Origin: Candidatus Nanoarchaeia archaeon | GTDB lineage: Archaea > Nanobdellota > Nanobdellia > Woesearchaeales > ARS49 | DNA: 64,000 nt | Reading direction: 5' to 3' | Assembly: GCA_041488275.1 (NCBI GenBank) | Contig: JBGPOY010000003.1 | Coordinates: 14,092 to 78,091 of the forward strand | Part shown: positions 18,300 through 26,645 of the stretch, one piece after another | Layout: each line of letters begins with the position of its first letter | How positions within the stretch are numbered: position 1 is the stretch's first letter | Made by a program: the position numbers and the translations under genes | The notes under the pieces: generated by a model | Databases searched by the model: none | What the model saw: only the letters and a program-made list of their open reading frames with translations | What the model was told of the DNA's origin: nothing

Positions 18300-18445
18300 T
18301 TCTTGCGACTTCGTTGAACTAAGAGAAGAGTCTTAATCCTGACTGCGAAGCAGTCAGTTATGACCTGCTTCTCGCAGTGGAACGAGGAGCAATTTGCTCA
18401 AGCTTTTCGAAAGCTTGCGACATGCGGACGCGAGCAGATAATTCT
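18282..18445. repeat. 22-nt direct repeat of the rps7 3' end (gcggacgcgagcagataattct) flanking a 120-nt insert
   Basis: Exact copies at 18282-18303 and 18424-18445. Weaker similarity continues for about 15 nt beyond each copy. Confidence 0.8.
18309..18420 (+). repeat. Copy 1 of a ~110-nt structured repeat (second copy at 46053-46165)
   Basis: Collinear similarity to 46053-46165 with no gaps over the first 88 nt. Central hairpin CTGACTGC-GAA-GCAGTCAG at 18339-18357. Confidence 0.75.
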
Positions 18446-18493
18446 GACTCTTCGTGCATAACTCTTTAAAGACCACTCTTCGGCGCTTCTTCC

Positions 18494-19723
18494 ATGAAGT
18501 TTGGGAAGAAAGTCATCGCCGGCGCGCTCGTGGCCGCCGCAAGTCTCTTGTCGCCTGCCTACGCGCAGAATGAGCCGGAAGTCTACGACAAGAACCCGTC
18601 GATTTCCGTCCCGATAAAGAGCCCCGTCACCAACGCCGACGCGAACACGCTCTTCAACGCGGGCGCGAACACCGCAACAGGCCTGCTCCTCAAAACACTG
18701 TCCAATGCGATTGACGTGGACAGCCCATGGTACCGCGGCGGCGAAACACTGACGCAGGTGTCCATCGACTCGTTGACCGCGGCAGTCTTTCACGAATTAG
18801 CCCATTACCGCGAAGCAGGCAACTTGGATAACTCTCGGCCCGGATTGCACGTGACGCCGCAGTTCGACCTTCGCCCCTTCGCGTACGGCATCTTCAGCGG
18901 AGGCGAGACCTCAATGATTGCCCAATATGATACTCCTGCCGTCCTGCCCGTAAGCGCCGCTGAACTGCTGGGCGTCATCGTTGCGGGACCCAACCAGCAG
19001 CACTTGAACGCGGCGCACATCTGGCGCACGAGCCGCGCACCGACGCGCACGTATCAGGATTCGGCGTTCCTGCTGTCGCAGCTTGCGGAAACAACCAGCC
19101 TTTTCTTCGACCCGCTCGCCAACGATGTCGTCGTGTACGGCAGTTTGATGAACCAGACTGGCATCCCCGTCAGCACCGCGCGGCTCAAGCGCAGCTCCGA
19201 AATCATCACCTTGCTCAATCTGCCCGTCTATGAATCCATCGCGCACTTGGTGGATTTCATCGCGACCGGAGAGCGCGAACACACACCGCTCAGTTTAGAA
19301 TTGGGCGACTGGACCATCTACGCGCCGCTCTTCACCAAATACATGACCGCGAAAGGCGAATTCGCGAACATTGAATTGCTCATCGACGGACCGGTGAAGT
19401 TCGACATCTCGTTCGGGAGAGACCTGAAGTTTAACCAACCGAGTGCGCCGCTCGACTGGATGCGGTTTGGCGGCACGGTCACGATTCCGCTGGACGGCAT
19501 CAGGCCGGGATTGACCGTCGCTCCGTTTGTCTACCTCAACAGCAAACGTTCGCAGCTGACGTATGAAGGCATCGCGACCGGGTTCGGCGTGTCGTATCCT
19601 CTGGTGCCGCGGTTTATGATTGATGGAATGGTTGAATACCAGAATAAAGACATCATTGAGCGCGTCGTCAAGAACTACCAGCAGCACTTTCAGTTCTTGG
19701 CGGGGTTCAGCCTGCGCTTCTAA
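18494..19723 (+). CDS. Secreted protein with bacterial outer-membrane beta-barrel-like C-terminal signature
   Basis: Sec-type signal peptide ending AYA-Q. The C-terminus HFQFLAGFSLRF has alternating hydrophobics and a terminal Phe. TATA ctttaaag lies about 25 nt upstream of the ATG. Confidence 0.6.
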   Translation: MKFGKKVIAGALVAAASLLSPAYAQNEPEVYDKNPSISVPIKSPVTNADANTLFNAGANTATGLLLKTLSNAIDVDSPWYRGGETLTQVSIDSLTAAVFHELAHYREAGNLDNSRPGLHVTPQFDLRPFAYGIFSGGETSMIAQYDTPAVLPVSAAELLGVIVAGPNQQHLNAAHIWRTSRAPTRTYQDSAFLLSQLAETTSLFFDPLANDVVVYGSLMNQTGIPVSTARLKRSSEIITLLNLPVYESIAHLVDFIATGEREHTPLSLELGDWTIYAPLFTKYMTAKGEFANIELLIDGPVKFDISFGRDLKFNQPSAPLDWMRFGGTVTIPLDGIRPGLTVAPFVYLNSKRSQLTYEGIATGFGVSYPLVPRFMIDGMVEYQNKDIIERVVKNYQQHFQFLAGFSLRF

Positions 19724-19771
19724 AGGTTTAAATACGCCACGCGACAGAGCAGAGACCGCAAAGAGGTACTT

Positions 19772-20929
19772 ATGAAGTTCCAGGTCTTTTGGGAGAATCC
19801 GCAGTATCGCCCGCGAAAAAAACTCTCGGAAGATATCAGTTGTGATTACCTTATTGTCGGTGGCGGGCTCACGGGCGTGTCTCTTGCGTATTTCTTGCAC
19901 CGTTCCAAAAAGATTGTGCTGATCGAGAAAGACACCGTCGCAAGCGGTGCTACGGGCAGGGCGGCAGGAATCCTCACCCTGAAAGGCGAGCTGGATCTCC
20001 AGGACATCATCCAAAAATTCGGAAGAAAGCAGGGACTCATTTTTTGGAAGGGCAATCATCAGGGGCTGCGGCTCGTCAAGAATATCATCACGAAAGAGAA
20101 AATCTCTTGTGACTTTGAGCCCCAAAGCACCATTTACGCCTGTTCGGAGAGCCACGAAACGAGCCCGCACGTGCTGGACGAATACATCACCGAGAAAGAC
20201 ATCGAGCGGTCAACGAAGCTCGTGGTCGGCAAAGAGTTGGAAAAGGAAGTGAAGACGCCGGTGTTCCGCTACGCCATCCTGTCGAAAGGACACGCGGCAT
20301 CCATCAATCCCCTGAAACTGACGCAAAACTTATCCAAGGTCGTCGAGCGAAAGGGCGTCCGGATATACGAGCACACCCCGTTCACGCATCTTCTCGGGCA
20401 TACCGCCGTAACGCCCCGGGGCAAGATTCATTTCAAAAAAATCATCTTCGCGATGGACGCGGACACGCGCAACAAGAAAATCAAACGAATCGAGTCGACG
20501 ATTGTCGTCACCGAGCCGCTGACCCGCAAAGAACTGCACAGCATCCACCTCGACAAAAAGAAGATTATCTGGGACTCGAAGAAAATCTATAACTACCTGA
20601 AAGTCACTCCTGACCGCAGGATTCTTCTCGGCTACGGAGACCATCCGGTGGGCAGACACCATCACAACAAGGGACCGCACGCGCCGCATCTCGCGAGAAT
20701 CAAGCTCTTTTTGGCGCGGCTCTTTCCCGATCTGCACGAGCGCATCGAGTACGCCTGGTCCGGCACGTTCGGCAAAACCGACAACAAGGTGCCCATCATT
20801 GAATGGAAACGAGACCGCATCGTCGTTGCCGGTCCTGCTTCGCAAGTCGTCAGCGTGCTGACCGCAAAGCACGTCGCAGACCTGCTTCAAAACAAACGCT
20901 CCGTGCTGGAAGGATTTTTCAGGCGTTAG
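19772..20929 (+). CDS. FAD-dependent oxidoreductase (DAO/glycine oxidase-like)
   Basis: N-terminal dinucleotide fold DYLIVGGGLTGVSLAYFL. 385 aa. Confidence 0.75.
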   Translation: MKFQVFWENPQYRPRKKLSEDISCDYLIVGGGLTGVSLAYFLHRSKKIVLIEKDTVASGATGRAAGILTLKGELDLQDIIQKFGRKQGLIFWKGNHQGLRLVKNIITKEKISCDFEPQSTIYACSESHETSPHVLDEYITEKDIERSTKLVVGKELEKEVKTPVFRYAILSKGHAASINPLKLTQNLSKVVERKGVRIYEHTPFTHLLGHTAVTPRGKIHFKKIIFAMDADTRNKKIKRIESTIVVTEPLTRKELHSIHLDKKKIIWDSKKIYNYLKVTPDRRILLGYGDHPVGRHHHNKGPHAPHLARIKLFLARLFPDLHERIEYAWSGTFGKTDNKVPIIEWKRDRIVVAGPASQVVSVLTAKHVADLLQNKRSVLEGFFRR

Positions 20930-20932
20930 AAA

Positions 20933-21199
20933 CTACTTTCTCTTCCGCTCAAACGTCCACTTCATCGCCGCGAGGACGATGATGCAGACGCCGACGAACG
21001 CGTTCAGAAACGTGATGAAGAAGTCGCCGAGATGCAGTCCGTAAAAGAAGAACAGGGTTGCGCCGGTGATGCCGAAGAACGTCAAAAGCCAGTTGAGGTC
21101 CTTCAAATGCTTGGTTTTCCACGCCTGCCAGAGCTCGGGAATCCATTGGAGCAGGACACAGATGCTTCCCAGCGTGGCAACGACGTCCCAGACGTTCAT
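20933..21199 (-). CDS. PQ-loop / SemiSWEET-like three-helix transporter
   Basis: 88 aa with three TM helices. LLQWIPELWQAWKTKHLKDL resembles the PQ-loop motif followed by a basic stretch. TATA tatttatagg lies about 24 nt upstream, so the transcript is probably leaderless. Confidence 0.55.
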   Translation of the reverse strand: MNVWDVVATLGSICVLLQWIPELWQAWKTKHLKDLNWLLTFFGITGATLFFFYGLHLGDFFITFLNAFVGVCIIVLAAMKWTFERKRK

Positions 21200-21252
21200 G
21201 CTCCCAAAGGAGCGTTCTCCCTATAAATAGGCTTGGTTTGTTCGTGGAAAAC

Positions 21253-21270
21253 CGTAACCTTTATATATAA
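21253..21270 (+). promoter_or_regulatory. BRE/TATA promoter of the surface-protein gene
   Basis: aacctttatatataa lies about 50 nt upstream of the ATG at 21321. Confidence 0.5.
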
Positions 21271-21320
21271 ACCATCACTCCTGATGAATAACAACACTAG
21301 TATTAGTGGGGGTAACGCAC

Positions 21321-22688
21321 ATGAAGAATCTGACTCTGTTGTCCATCGTGATGCTCGTTGCCATCGCGCTCTTCTCCGTCGGCGCAAGCGCACAGCTTGC
21401 AGTCACGGGAACGACGCTCGGCAGTGACAGCACCAAGGCAGGACAAAACGTCACCGGCACGATTACGTTGACCAACAACGGCAACGTGACCATCAATAAC
21501 ATCGCACTCTCCAGCACCGCTGCGAGCAAGTACTTTATCGGCTTCACGGGAGCACCCACGAGCCTCGCTGCGGGCGCAAGCGCGACCATCAGCATTTCGG
21601 GATTCCTCTCGAAGGATCTCGACGCGGTTGACACCTCGTTCAACCCGCTGCAGCAAAACGTCGGCAACGTCGTCGCCACGGGCACCGGCTCCGCGACCGC
21701 GAGCGCTCCGATTTTGATGCAAATCCGCAACGTGCTCCACATCAAGAAAGTCGTGGTCACCGTCAACGGTCAGGACGACAAGAGCCTGAACGACGGAGAC
21801 ACCATCAAGGCCCTCAAGCCCGGCGACTCCTTGACCATCAAGGTTGAAGTCGAAAACCAGTTCAGCACCTCGAGCTCCGAGGACCGCGACCTGGAAAACG
21901 TCCGCGTCACGCTTGACAGCGAGAACGACATCGACCTCAGCGACACCGAACAGACGATTGACAGCATCTCCGCCGACAGCACCGAAGACCAAACCTTCGA
22001 CGCGACCGTCACGGACGCCGCCTCCGGCACCTACCGCTTGCAGGTTACTGCAGACGGCAACGGCCAGAGCCCGTTCACCGGACGCTACGCGGAACGCATC
22101 GTCGTCTTCCTCAAGGTTGAACGCGAAAGCCACGAGCTCGCCATCCGCTCGGCCTCAATCAGCCCGAGCATCCTCGCCTGCGGCGCAACCCGCAACGTCG
22201 ATGCCAAGGCGCACATCGTGAACACCGGCAAGAGCAACGAGAACGACGTCTCCGTCGAACTCGCCATCCCTGCGCTCGGCATCAGCGTCAGAAAGGACGC
22301 CATCAAGCTCGACAAGAGCGACGAAACGACCCGCACCATCAGCGCGACCCTCCCTGACTCCGTCAAGCCGGGCACGTATGAAGCGGACATCGTGACGTAC
22401 TTCGCCGGCACCAGCGAAAGCGACCGCAAGGCCCTGACCCTCAAGGTCGAGGACTGCGCCGCCCCTGCGACGACGCCGACGCCGGTTGTCACGCAGCCGA
22501 CGACGCCTACCACGCCTCCGGTCACCGCGACGCCTCCGACGGTTGTCTCGAGCACCAAGGCAAGCGCCACGTCGTCCTTCTGGGACAGCGGCGCGGGCAT
22601 CGCGACGCTCGTCATCGGCATCCTTGTTGCGGTTGCAGTCATCGTGCTTTTGGTCACGATGATTACCCGCAAGCCGACGGCTGAATAA
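21321..22688 (+). CDS. Cell-surface (S-layer-like) glycoprotein candidate with C-terminal membrane anchor
   Basis: Signal peptide MKNLTLLSIVMLVAIALFSVGASA, many N-x-S/T sites, a Pro/Thr linker TTPTPVVTQPTTPTTPPVTATPP, then a TM helix and a basic tail. Confidence 0.7.
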   Translation: MKNLTLLSIVMLVAIALFSVGASAQLAVTGTTLGSDSTKAGQNVTGTITLTNNGNVTINNIALSSTAASKYFIGFTGAPTSLAAGASATISISGFLSKDLDAVDTSFNPLQQNVGNVVATGTGSATASAPILMQIRNVLHIKKVVVTVNGQDDKSLNDGDTIKALKPGDSLTIKVEVENQFSTSSSEDRDLENVRVTLDSENDIDLSDTEQTIDSISADSTEDQTFDATVTDAASGTYRLQVTADGNGQSPFTGRYAERIVVFLKVERESHELAIRSASISPSILACGATRNVDAKAHIVNTGKSNENDVSVELAIPALGISVRKDAIKLDKSDETTRTISATLPDSVKPGTYEADIVTYFAGTSESDRKALTLKVEDCAAPATTPTPVVTQPTTPTTPPVTATPPTVVSSTKASATSSFWDSGAGIATLVIGILVAVAVIVLLVTMITRKPTAE

Positions 22689-22692
22689 GCAT

Positions 22693-22729
22693 CTCTTCTT
22701 TTTTCTTTTTCTTATTTCTCGTTTTTTAT
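22693..22729 (+). terminator. Oligo-T terminator tract
   Basis: cttcttttttctttttcttatttctcgttttttat lies directly after the stop codon. Confidence 0.55.
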
Positions 22730-22777
22730 CATACCAACGACGACTTGAATTCACTCCGTTGAGCGCTCCCGTTTCTT

Positions 22778-22840
22778 CCCAGGCAGTACGGCCGTAGGCG
22801 CCCGTCAAGAGTCGCACAACTAACGACAAACCTGCCTGCG
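22778..22840 (-). repeat. Copy E of the palindromic intergenic repeat family
   Basis: cccaggcagt ... gagtcgcacaac ... cctgcctgcg. This is the reverse orientation relative to copies A and B. Confidence 0.65.
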
Positions 22841-22938
22841 TCCCGGAAACGATTGCCCATCCTACGCATGACACTGCCGTGAAAACCACGGATTTCTCTC
22901 AGGAACGCATTTGAATCCTGTCCTGCGTCATTCAGGCA

Positions 22939-23679
22939 ATGAAAAACGCGGTGTGGGTGTTGGCGGCCTTGCTGGCGACGTCGTTCGTGACGGGCATCAC
23001 GGTTCCCTTGACGCTGGCCGTTGAGCCGGGACCGTTCTCCATCGTCAGCGCGAGCGTGAACATGCCGCGCGTGACGCTTGCAGCAGGGCAGGGCGCGGAC
23101 GTCACCGTGACGACGCAACTTTCGTCGCCCGGGACGGTCGTGATGACCGCGTTGAATACGGTGGCCGACTCGAACAGCACGACCGTCTTTACTGCCTCGT
23201 TCCACGTTCCGTTTACGTTTCCGTCCGGCAATTATACCGTGACGCTGACGGCAAGCAACGGCACGGACACCGTGACAGCCGCGCTGCCACTCGAGATTCT
23301 TCCCCTCACCGCGGTGGGCCTTGATGCGCCATCGCTTCTTCGGCATCTCACCCCGGGAAGCACCCTCGCCCTCGAGGGAGATGCCGATTTTTCCTCACCC
23401 AGCAAGCCGACGCTGCAGAACCTCGGCAACGTGCCGATTGATTTGACCATCAGCGCCGATACGCCCACAACAGGAAGCCAGAAAGTCGCGCTTTCCAACA
23501 TACTGCTGTCCGTGGACAACGCGACGTTCATCACGCTGAAAACGTCAACGCAAACGCTGAGCGTGAATCTGCTGCCTAATCAAACAATTCCTTTGTATTT
23601 GAGAATTACCGTACCGGACACGACATCGCCGGGGAACTACACCGGAGCCCTGCACGTGAGTGCGAAGCGCGCCGGATAG
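22939..23679 (+). CDS. Secreted hypothetical protein (signal peptide, beta-rich)
   Basis: N-terminal signal VWVLAALLATSFVTG. 246 aa. No catalytic motifs. Confidence 0.6.
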   Translation: MKNAVWVLAALLATSFVTGITVPLTLAVEPGPFSIVSASVNMPRVTLAAGQGADVTVTTQLSSPGTVVMTALNTVADSNSTTVFTASFHVPFTFPSGNYTVTLTASNGTDTVTAALPLEILPLTAVGLDAPSLLRHLTPGSTLALEGDADFSSPSKPTLQNLGNVPIDLTISADTPTTGSQKVALSNILLSVDNATFITLKTSTQTLSVNLLPNQTIPLYLRITVPDTTSPGNYTGALHVSAKRAG

Positions 23680-23684
23680 AAGAA

Positions 23685-23810
23685 TTACTTGCGGTTGCGG
23701 AAAGAAACCAGGCACGACTGCTTAATCCAGCATTGCGTGCATTGCTCAATCAGCTCGTGTTTCTTGCCGAAACACGGGTCGTTCACCAGCTTCAACATCT
23801 TCACTGCCAT
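23685..23810 (-). CDS. Possible 41-aa four-Cys mini-protein
   Basis: My own translation gives MAVKMLKLVNDPCFGKKHELIEQCTQCWIKQSCLVSFRNRK. It is below the ORF-track size cutoff and lies downstream of the 147-aa gene on the same strand. Confidence 0.25.
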   Translation of the reverse strand: MAVKMLKLVNDPCFGKKHELIEQCTQCWIKQSCLVSFRNRK

Positions 23811-23865
23811 GGTTCTCTTGTCGACGGGAGGCTATTTAAGTGTTTCGGCGTTGGGCACCAGAAAG

Positions 23866-24309
23866 CTATGCCGCGGTGCGGTACTCAGAATTCTTCGTGA
23901 AAACCTTGAACGGGTTCGGCGTGCCTTGCATCTCGAACGGCGAAGGAGCAACCACGTGTTTCGCGGCTTCGTTTTGGAACGTTTCGTCGACCGGCAGCAC
24001 CGGCTCCGCGTAGACAGTCGCGGGCGCGAGGCGGTGTTCCGCGGTTTCGTCGAACTTATTCGTGTCTTCGAAATGCGCGAACGAGCGCTTGATGCGAATT
24101 TCTCTCTGCGCTTCGCGGGCGGCGGGAATGTAGTCCATCAGCGCGCGGCGCAGGTAGGAACTTTCGTTGTCGAAGGTCAGCAATTTCTTTTCGCCGGTAG
24201 CTTTGACTTCAACATGCAACGATTTCAGAAATTCGGCGACGTCAGAGCGGCTGAGCGTTGATGTGTCCGAACGAACAATTGCGTCAATGGTTTTTGATTC
24301 CCCCGACAT
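23866..24309 (-). CDS. Hypothetical protein
   Basis: 147-aa ORF with ordinary composition and no motif recognised. Confidence 0.45.
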   Translation of the reverse strand: MSGESKTIDAIVRSDTSTLSRSDVAEFLKSLHVEVKATGEKKLLTFDNESSYLRRALMDYIPAAREAQREIRIKRSFAHFEDTNKFDETAEHRLAPATVYAEPVLPVDETFQNEAAKHVVAPSPFEMQGTPNPFKVFTKNSEYRTAA

Positions 24310-24397
24310 AGTTCTGACTCTCGCTGCGCCGTATTTAAGCTTTTATCTTTACGAAGCGTCACAAACATTTAAAACCGCAGACGCTCGCTTCCCTGCT

Positions 24398-24991
24398 ATG
24401 CGAACGTTCATCCTGCGCGCGCGGAAGTCCAGTACATCTCCCAACTTTAACCTCAGCGACCTGCCGAAGGCGGGAAGAATGGAGATTGTGGCGTCGTGCA
24501 TCGGCAACGCGCTGTGGGTGAGCAACAACGTGCGCAGCGACACCGTCATCCACGTCGTTCTGGAAGGACCGCCGACGCCGCCGAAGACCGTCACGTTCAC
24601 GGGCGGCAGCATCGAAGGCTTGAGCGTCGACGAGCGCGGCATCGCGTGGCTCGTGCAAAAGGCATTGCGGAAAGCCATCAAAATGGGCAGCAGCGAGACG
24701 AAGGACGTCGCGCCGGGCGTTATCGTGTCGTCCGCAAGCTTTGAGGAAATGGTCAAGCGTCACGCCGAGCACGGCACGGTGTACTATTTGCACCCGAAAG
24801 GAAAGGACATTCGCACTGCGGAGCTGCCGGAAGACGTCACGTTCGTGTTCGGCGACTACATCGGCATGCCGGAAAAATCAGAATCCTTTCTCGAAAAAAT
24901 CGGGGCGCAAAAACTCACGCTCGGACCCGTTACCGTTTTCGCGTCGCAGTGCGTCACGATTGTGCAGAATGAGTTGGACCGGAGAAATTAA
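24398..24991 (+). CDS. trmY: tRNA (pseudouridine54-N1)-methyltransferase, SPOUT family
   Basis: From the ATG at 24398, the sequence MRTFILRARKSSTSPNFNLSDLP...GPPTPPKTVTF...VYYLHPKGKDI...FVFGDYIGM is collinear with the Mj1640/TrmY family. TATA gtatttaag lies upstream. Confidence 0.8.
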   Translation: MRTFILRARKSSTSPNFNLSDLPKAGRMEIVASCIGNALWVSNNVRSDTVIHVVLEGPPTPPKTVTFTGGSIEGLSVDERGIAWLVQKALRKAIKMGSSETKDVAPGVIVSSASFEEMVKRHAEHGTVYYLHPKGKDIRTAELPEDVTFVFGDYIGMPEKSESFLEKIGAQKLTLGPVTVFASQCVTIVQNELDRRN

Positions 24992-25446
24992 CGCGCGGGC
25001 TTGAGTTCGGCGAGCCGCTTTTGGTAATCGCGAGTTGCCTGCCACACTTTCTTTTCTGCACGGAAATACGCTTTCAGCGTTTTTTCCAGTTCTCTTTCTT
25101 CAGGAGCAAGTTGGAATTGCGCGTGTTTTGCCGTGATCCGTTCATATTTAACGCCTGACGTACGGAGTAGTCCTTCAAGCGCACTGATTTCATCCTTGTT
25201 TCGTTCTGCAAAAGGAGTTGCCACGCTGACAAGTACGTATGGTTTCTGGTCCTTGAATCCGTAGAAGTGTTGCGCGCGAACCGTTGTTCCGCGCGACTCG
25301 GCTAGGCACATCGACTCGTGACCATAAATCTCTTTTCCATGCTTGTGCGGGCCGGTTGCGGACGTGACTTCGAGCGGCGCTTTGAGCGCGAGACGCACTT
25401 CTTTCTCCACAACTTCCTTCAGCCCTTTTTCCGTCGTAATCGTCAT
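24988..25446 (-). CDS. Hypothetical protein downstream of nreA
   Basis: 152-aa ORF on the same strand as dinB-nreA. No motif recognised. Confidence 0.45.
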   Translation of the reverse strand: MTITTEKGLKEVVEKEVRLALKAPLEVTSATGPHKHGKEIYGHESMCLAESRGTTVRAQHFYGFKDQKPYVLVSVATPFAERNKDEISALEGLLRTSGVKYERITAKHAQFQLAPEERELEKTLKAYFRAEKKVWQATRDYQKRLAELKPAR

Positions 25447-25493
25447 GCCGTTCCGATAGAGAACGCGCTATTAAATGATTTCTATCCTGCTGA

Positions 25494-26645
25494 CTAGAAT
25501 TCCCACAGCGTTTTCTGTTTGCCGATGGTGTTGACGAGCTGCATGCGGTCGGTGTGGTACTGGATGCCCATTTTGGTTTTGGTGTCGATGTAGTGCATGG
25601 CTTCGGAACGTGTTTTGAACGACAACGGTTCGGTTTGCATTGCTTTTCTCGTGAGTTCGCGGCACACCCAGACTCCCGTCGGAACGTAGCCGTTCGTGAC
25701 TTCGCGGAAGACGAATGCGCCGGCTTGCGCGTCCTGCTGGCGCAGATGGTCGGCGACGACCTGCCGCTGCGCGTAATAGCATCCGCCCATGCCGGAGTAC
25801 TGCTTGCGTCCGTAGTAGCTTTCGTAGTCGCTGAACGAGAAGGTCTTGTCACCGAGAATCTTGTCGAACACTTCGATGGCTTCGTACTGCCATTGCGACG
25901 GTGTCAGCATGACTGCGAAATAGTTGTTGAGTCCGGCGCTTTCGTACACGCGGTAGTCCTTGATGAGTTCGTTCTTGCGGACGTCCGCCATCGCGTCCTT
26001 GCCGATGATGTCATCGGTGGCCGTGATGCTCCAGCGCGTCGGGACAAGTTTGCGGTTTTTCGCCATGCCGAACGCGCCTGTGGAGAGTGCTTTCTGGATG
26101 GGCGTGAAGTCAAGTCCTTTCTGCGCGAGTTCGAGCACGGCGCCGCTCGCTTTCAGGTCGGTGTCGTAATGCGCCTTTTGCATGTCCTTCTGCCATTTTG
26201 CGGTTTCTGTTTCCAACTGCGTGAGTGTCGCGGACGGTCCGAACGGTGAGTGGTCTTCGTTGAATGTTACGCCTTGCGGGGCTTTCTCGAACTCGGCGTG
26301 CGTCATGAGCGAGGTTTTGGAGAGCGCTATTTCCTGCAATTGCTGGATGAATCTGCCGCCGACGTCCGTGACGGGAACGGGTTTCATTCCTCTGAGAAGC
26401 TGCATGCGAAAGTTGATGATGCTGTCGCGGTCGTACGTGCCGAGCCAGTGTTCCGGCGAGTCGTACGAAAAGCTGTCGGGCGCCTGCGCGAGCATCGGTC
26501 CGGCGAACACTTTCGGGTAGTTTGCCTGCCCGATAAACACCGACGGCGGAGAACTGCCCTCGAAGGAGTTGCCCTTGAGCGTGAGCGTCGGCATGTTGTA
26601 CTTGTTTGCCGTGATTTCCTTGAGGAACGCGTGTTTGCCGATCAT
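25494..26645 (-). CDS. nreA: Nre-family archaeal DNA repair protein with C-terminal PIP box
   Basis: 383 aa. PSVFIGQANYP, KLVPTRWSITATDD and GGCYYA motifs of the Nre family. The C-terminus QKTLWEF fits Qxx(L)xx(F). Overlaps the dinB stop by 4 nt. Confidence 0.75.
   Translation of the reverse strand: MIGKHAFLKEITANKYNMPTLTLKGNSFEGSSPPSVFIGQANYPKVFAGPMLAQAPDSFSYDSPEHWLGTYDRDSIINFRMQLLRGMKPVPVTDVGGRFIQQLQEIALSKTSLMTHAEFEKAPQGVTFNEDHSPFGPSATLTQLETETAKWQKDMQKAHYDTDLKASGAVLELAQKGLDFTPIQKALSTGAFGMAKNRKLVPTRWSITATDDIIGKDAMADVRKNELIKDYRVYESAGLNNYFAVMLTPSQWQYEAIEVFDKILGDKTFSFSDYESYYGRKQYSGMGGCYYAQRQVVADHLRQQDAQAGAFVFREVTNGYVPTGVWVCRELTRKAMQTEPLSFKTRSEAMHYIDTKTKMGIQYHTDRMQLVNTIGKQKTLWEF

Noticed and set aside
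18309-18420. Repeat pairs as template/variable repeats of a diversity-generating retroelement.
   Set aside because: The differences between copies are not restricted to adenine positions. Neither copy lies in a target-protein C-terminus, and no reverse transcriptase gene is in the window.
18494-19723. Treating the OMP-like gene as proof of bacterial contamination or a chimeric contig.
   Set aside because: Both flanks are archaeal. The gene has an archaeal-type TATA at leaderless distance, and its base composition matches its neighbours by eye. Assembly error cannot be excluded without reads, so it is reported as a finding instead.
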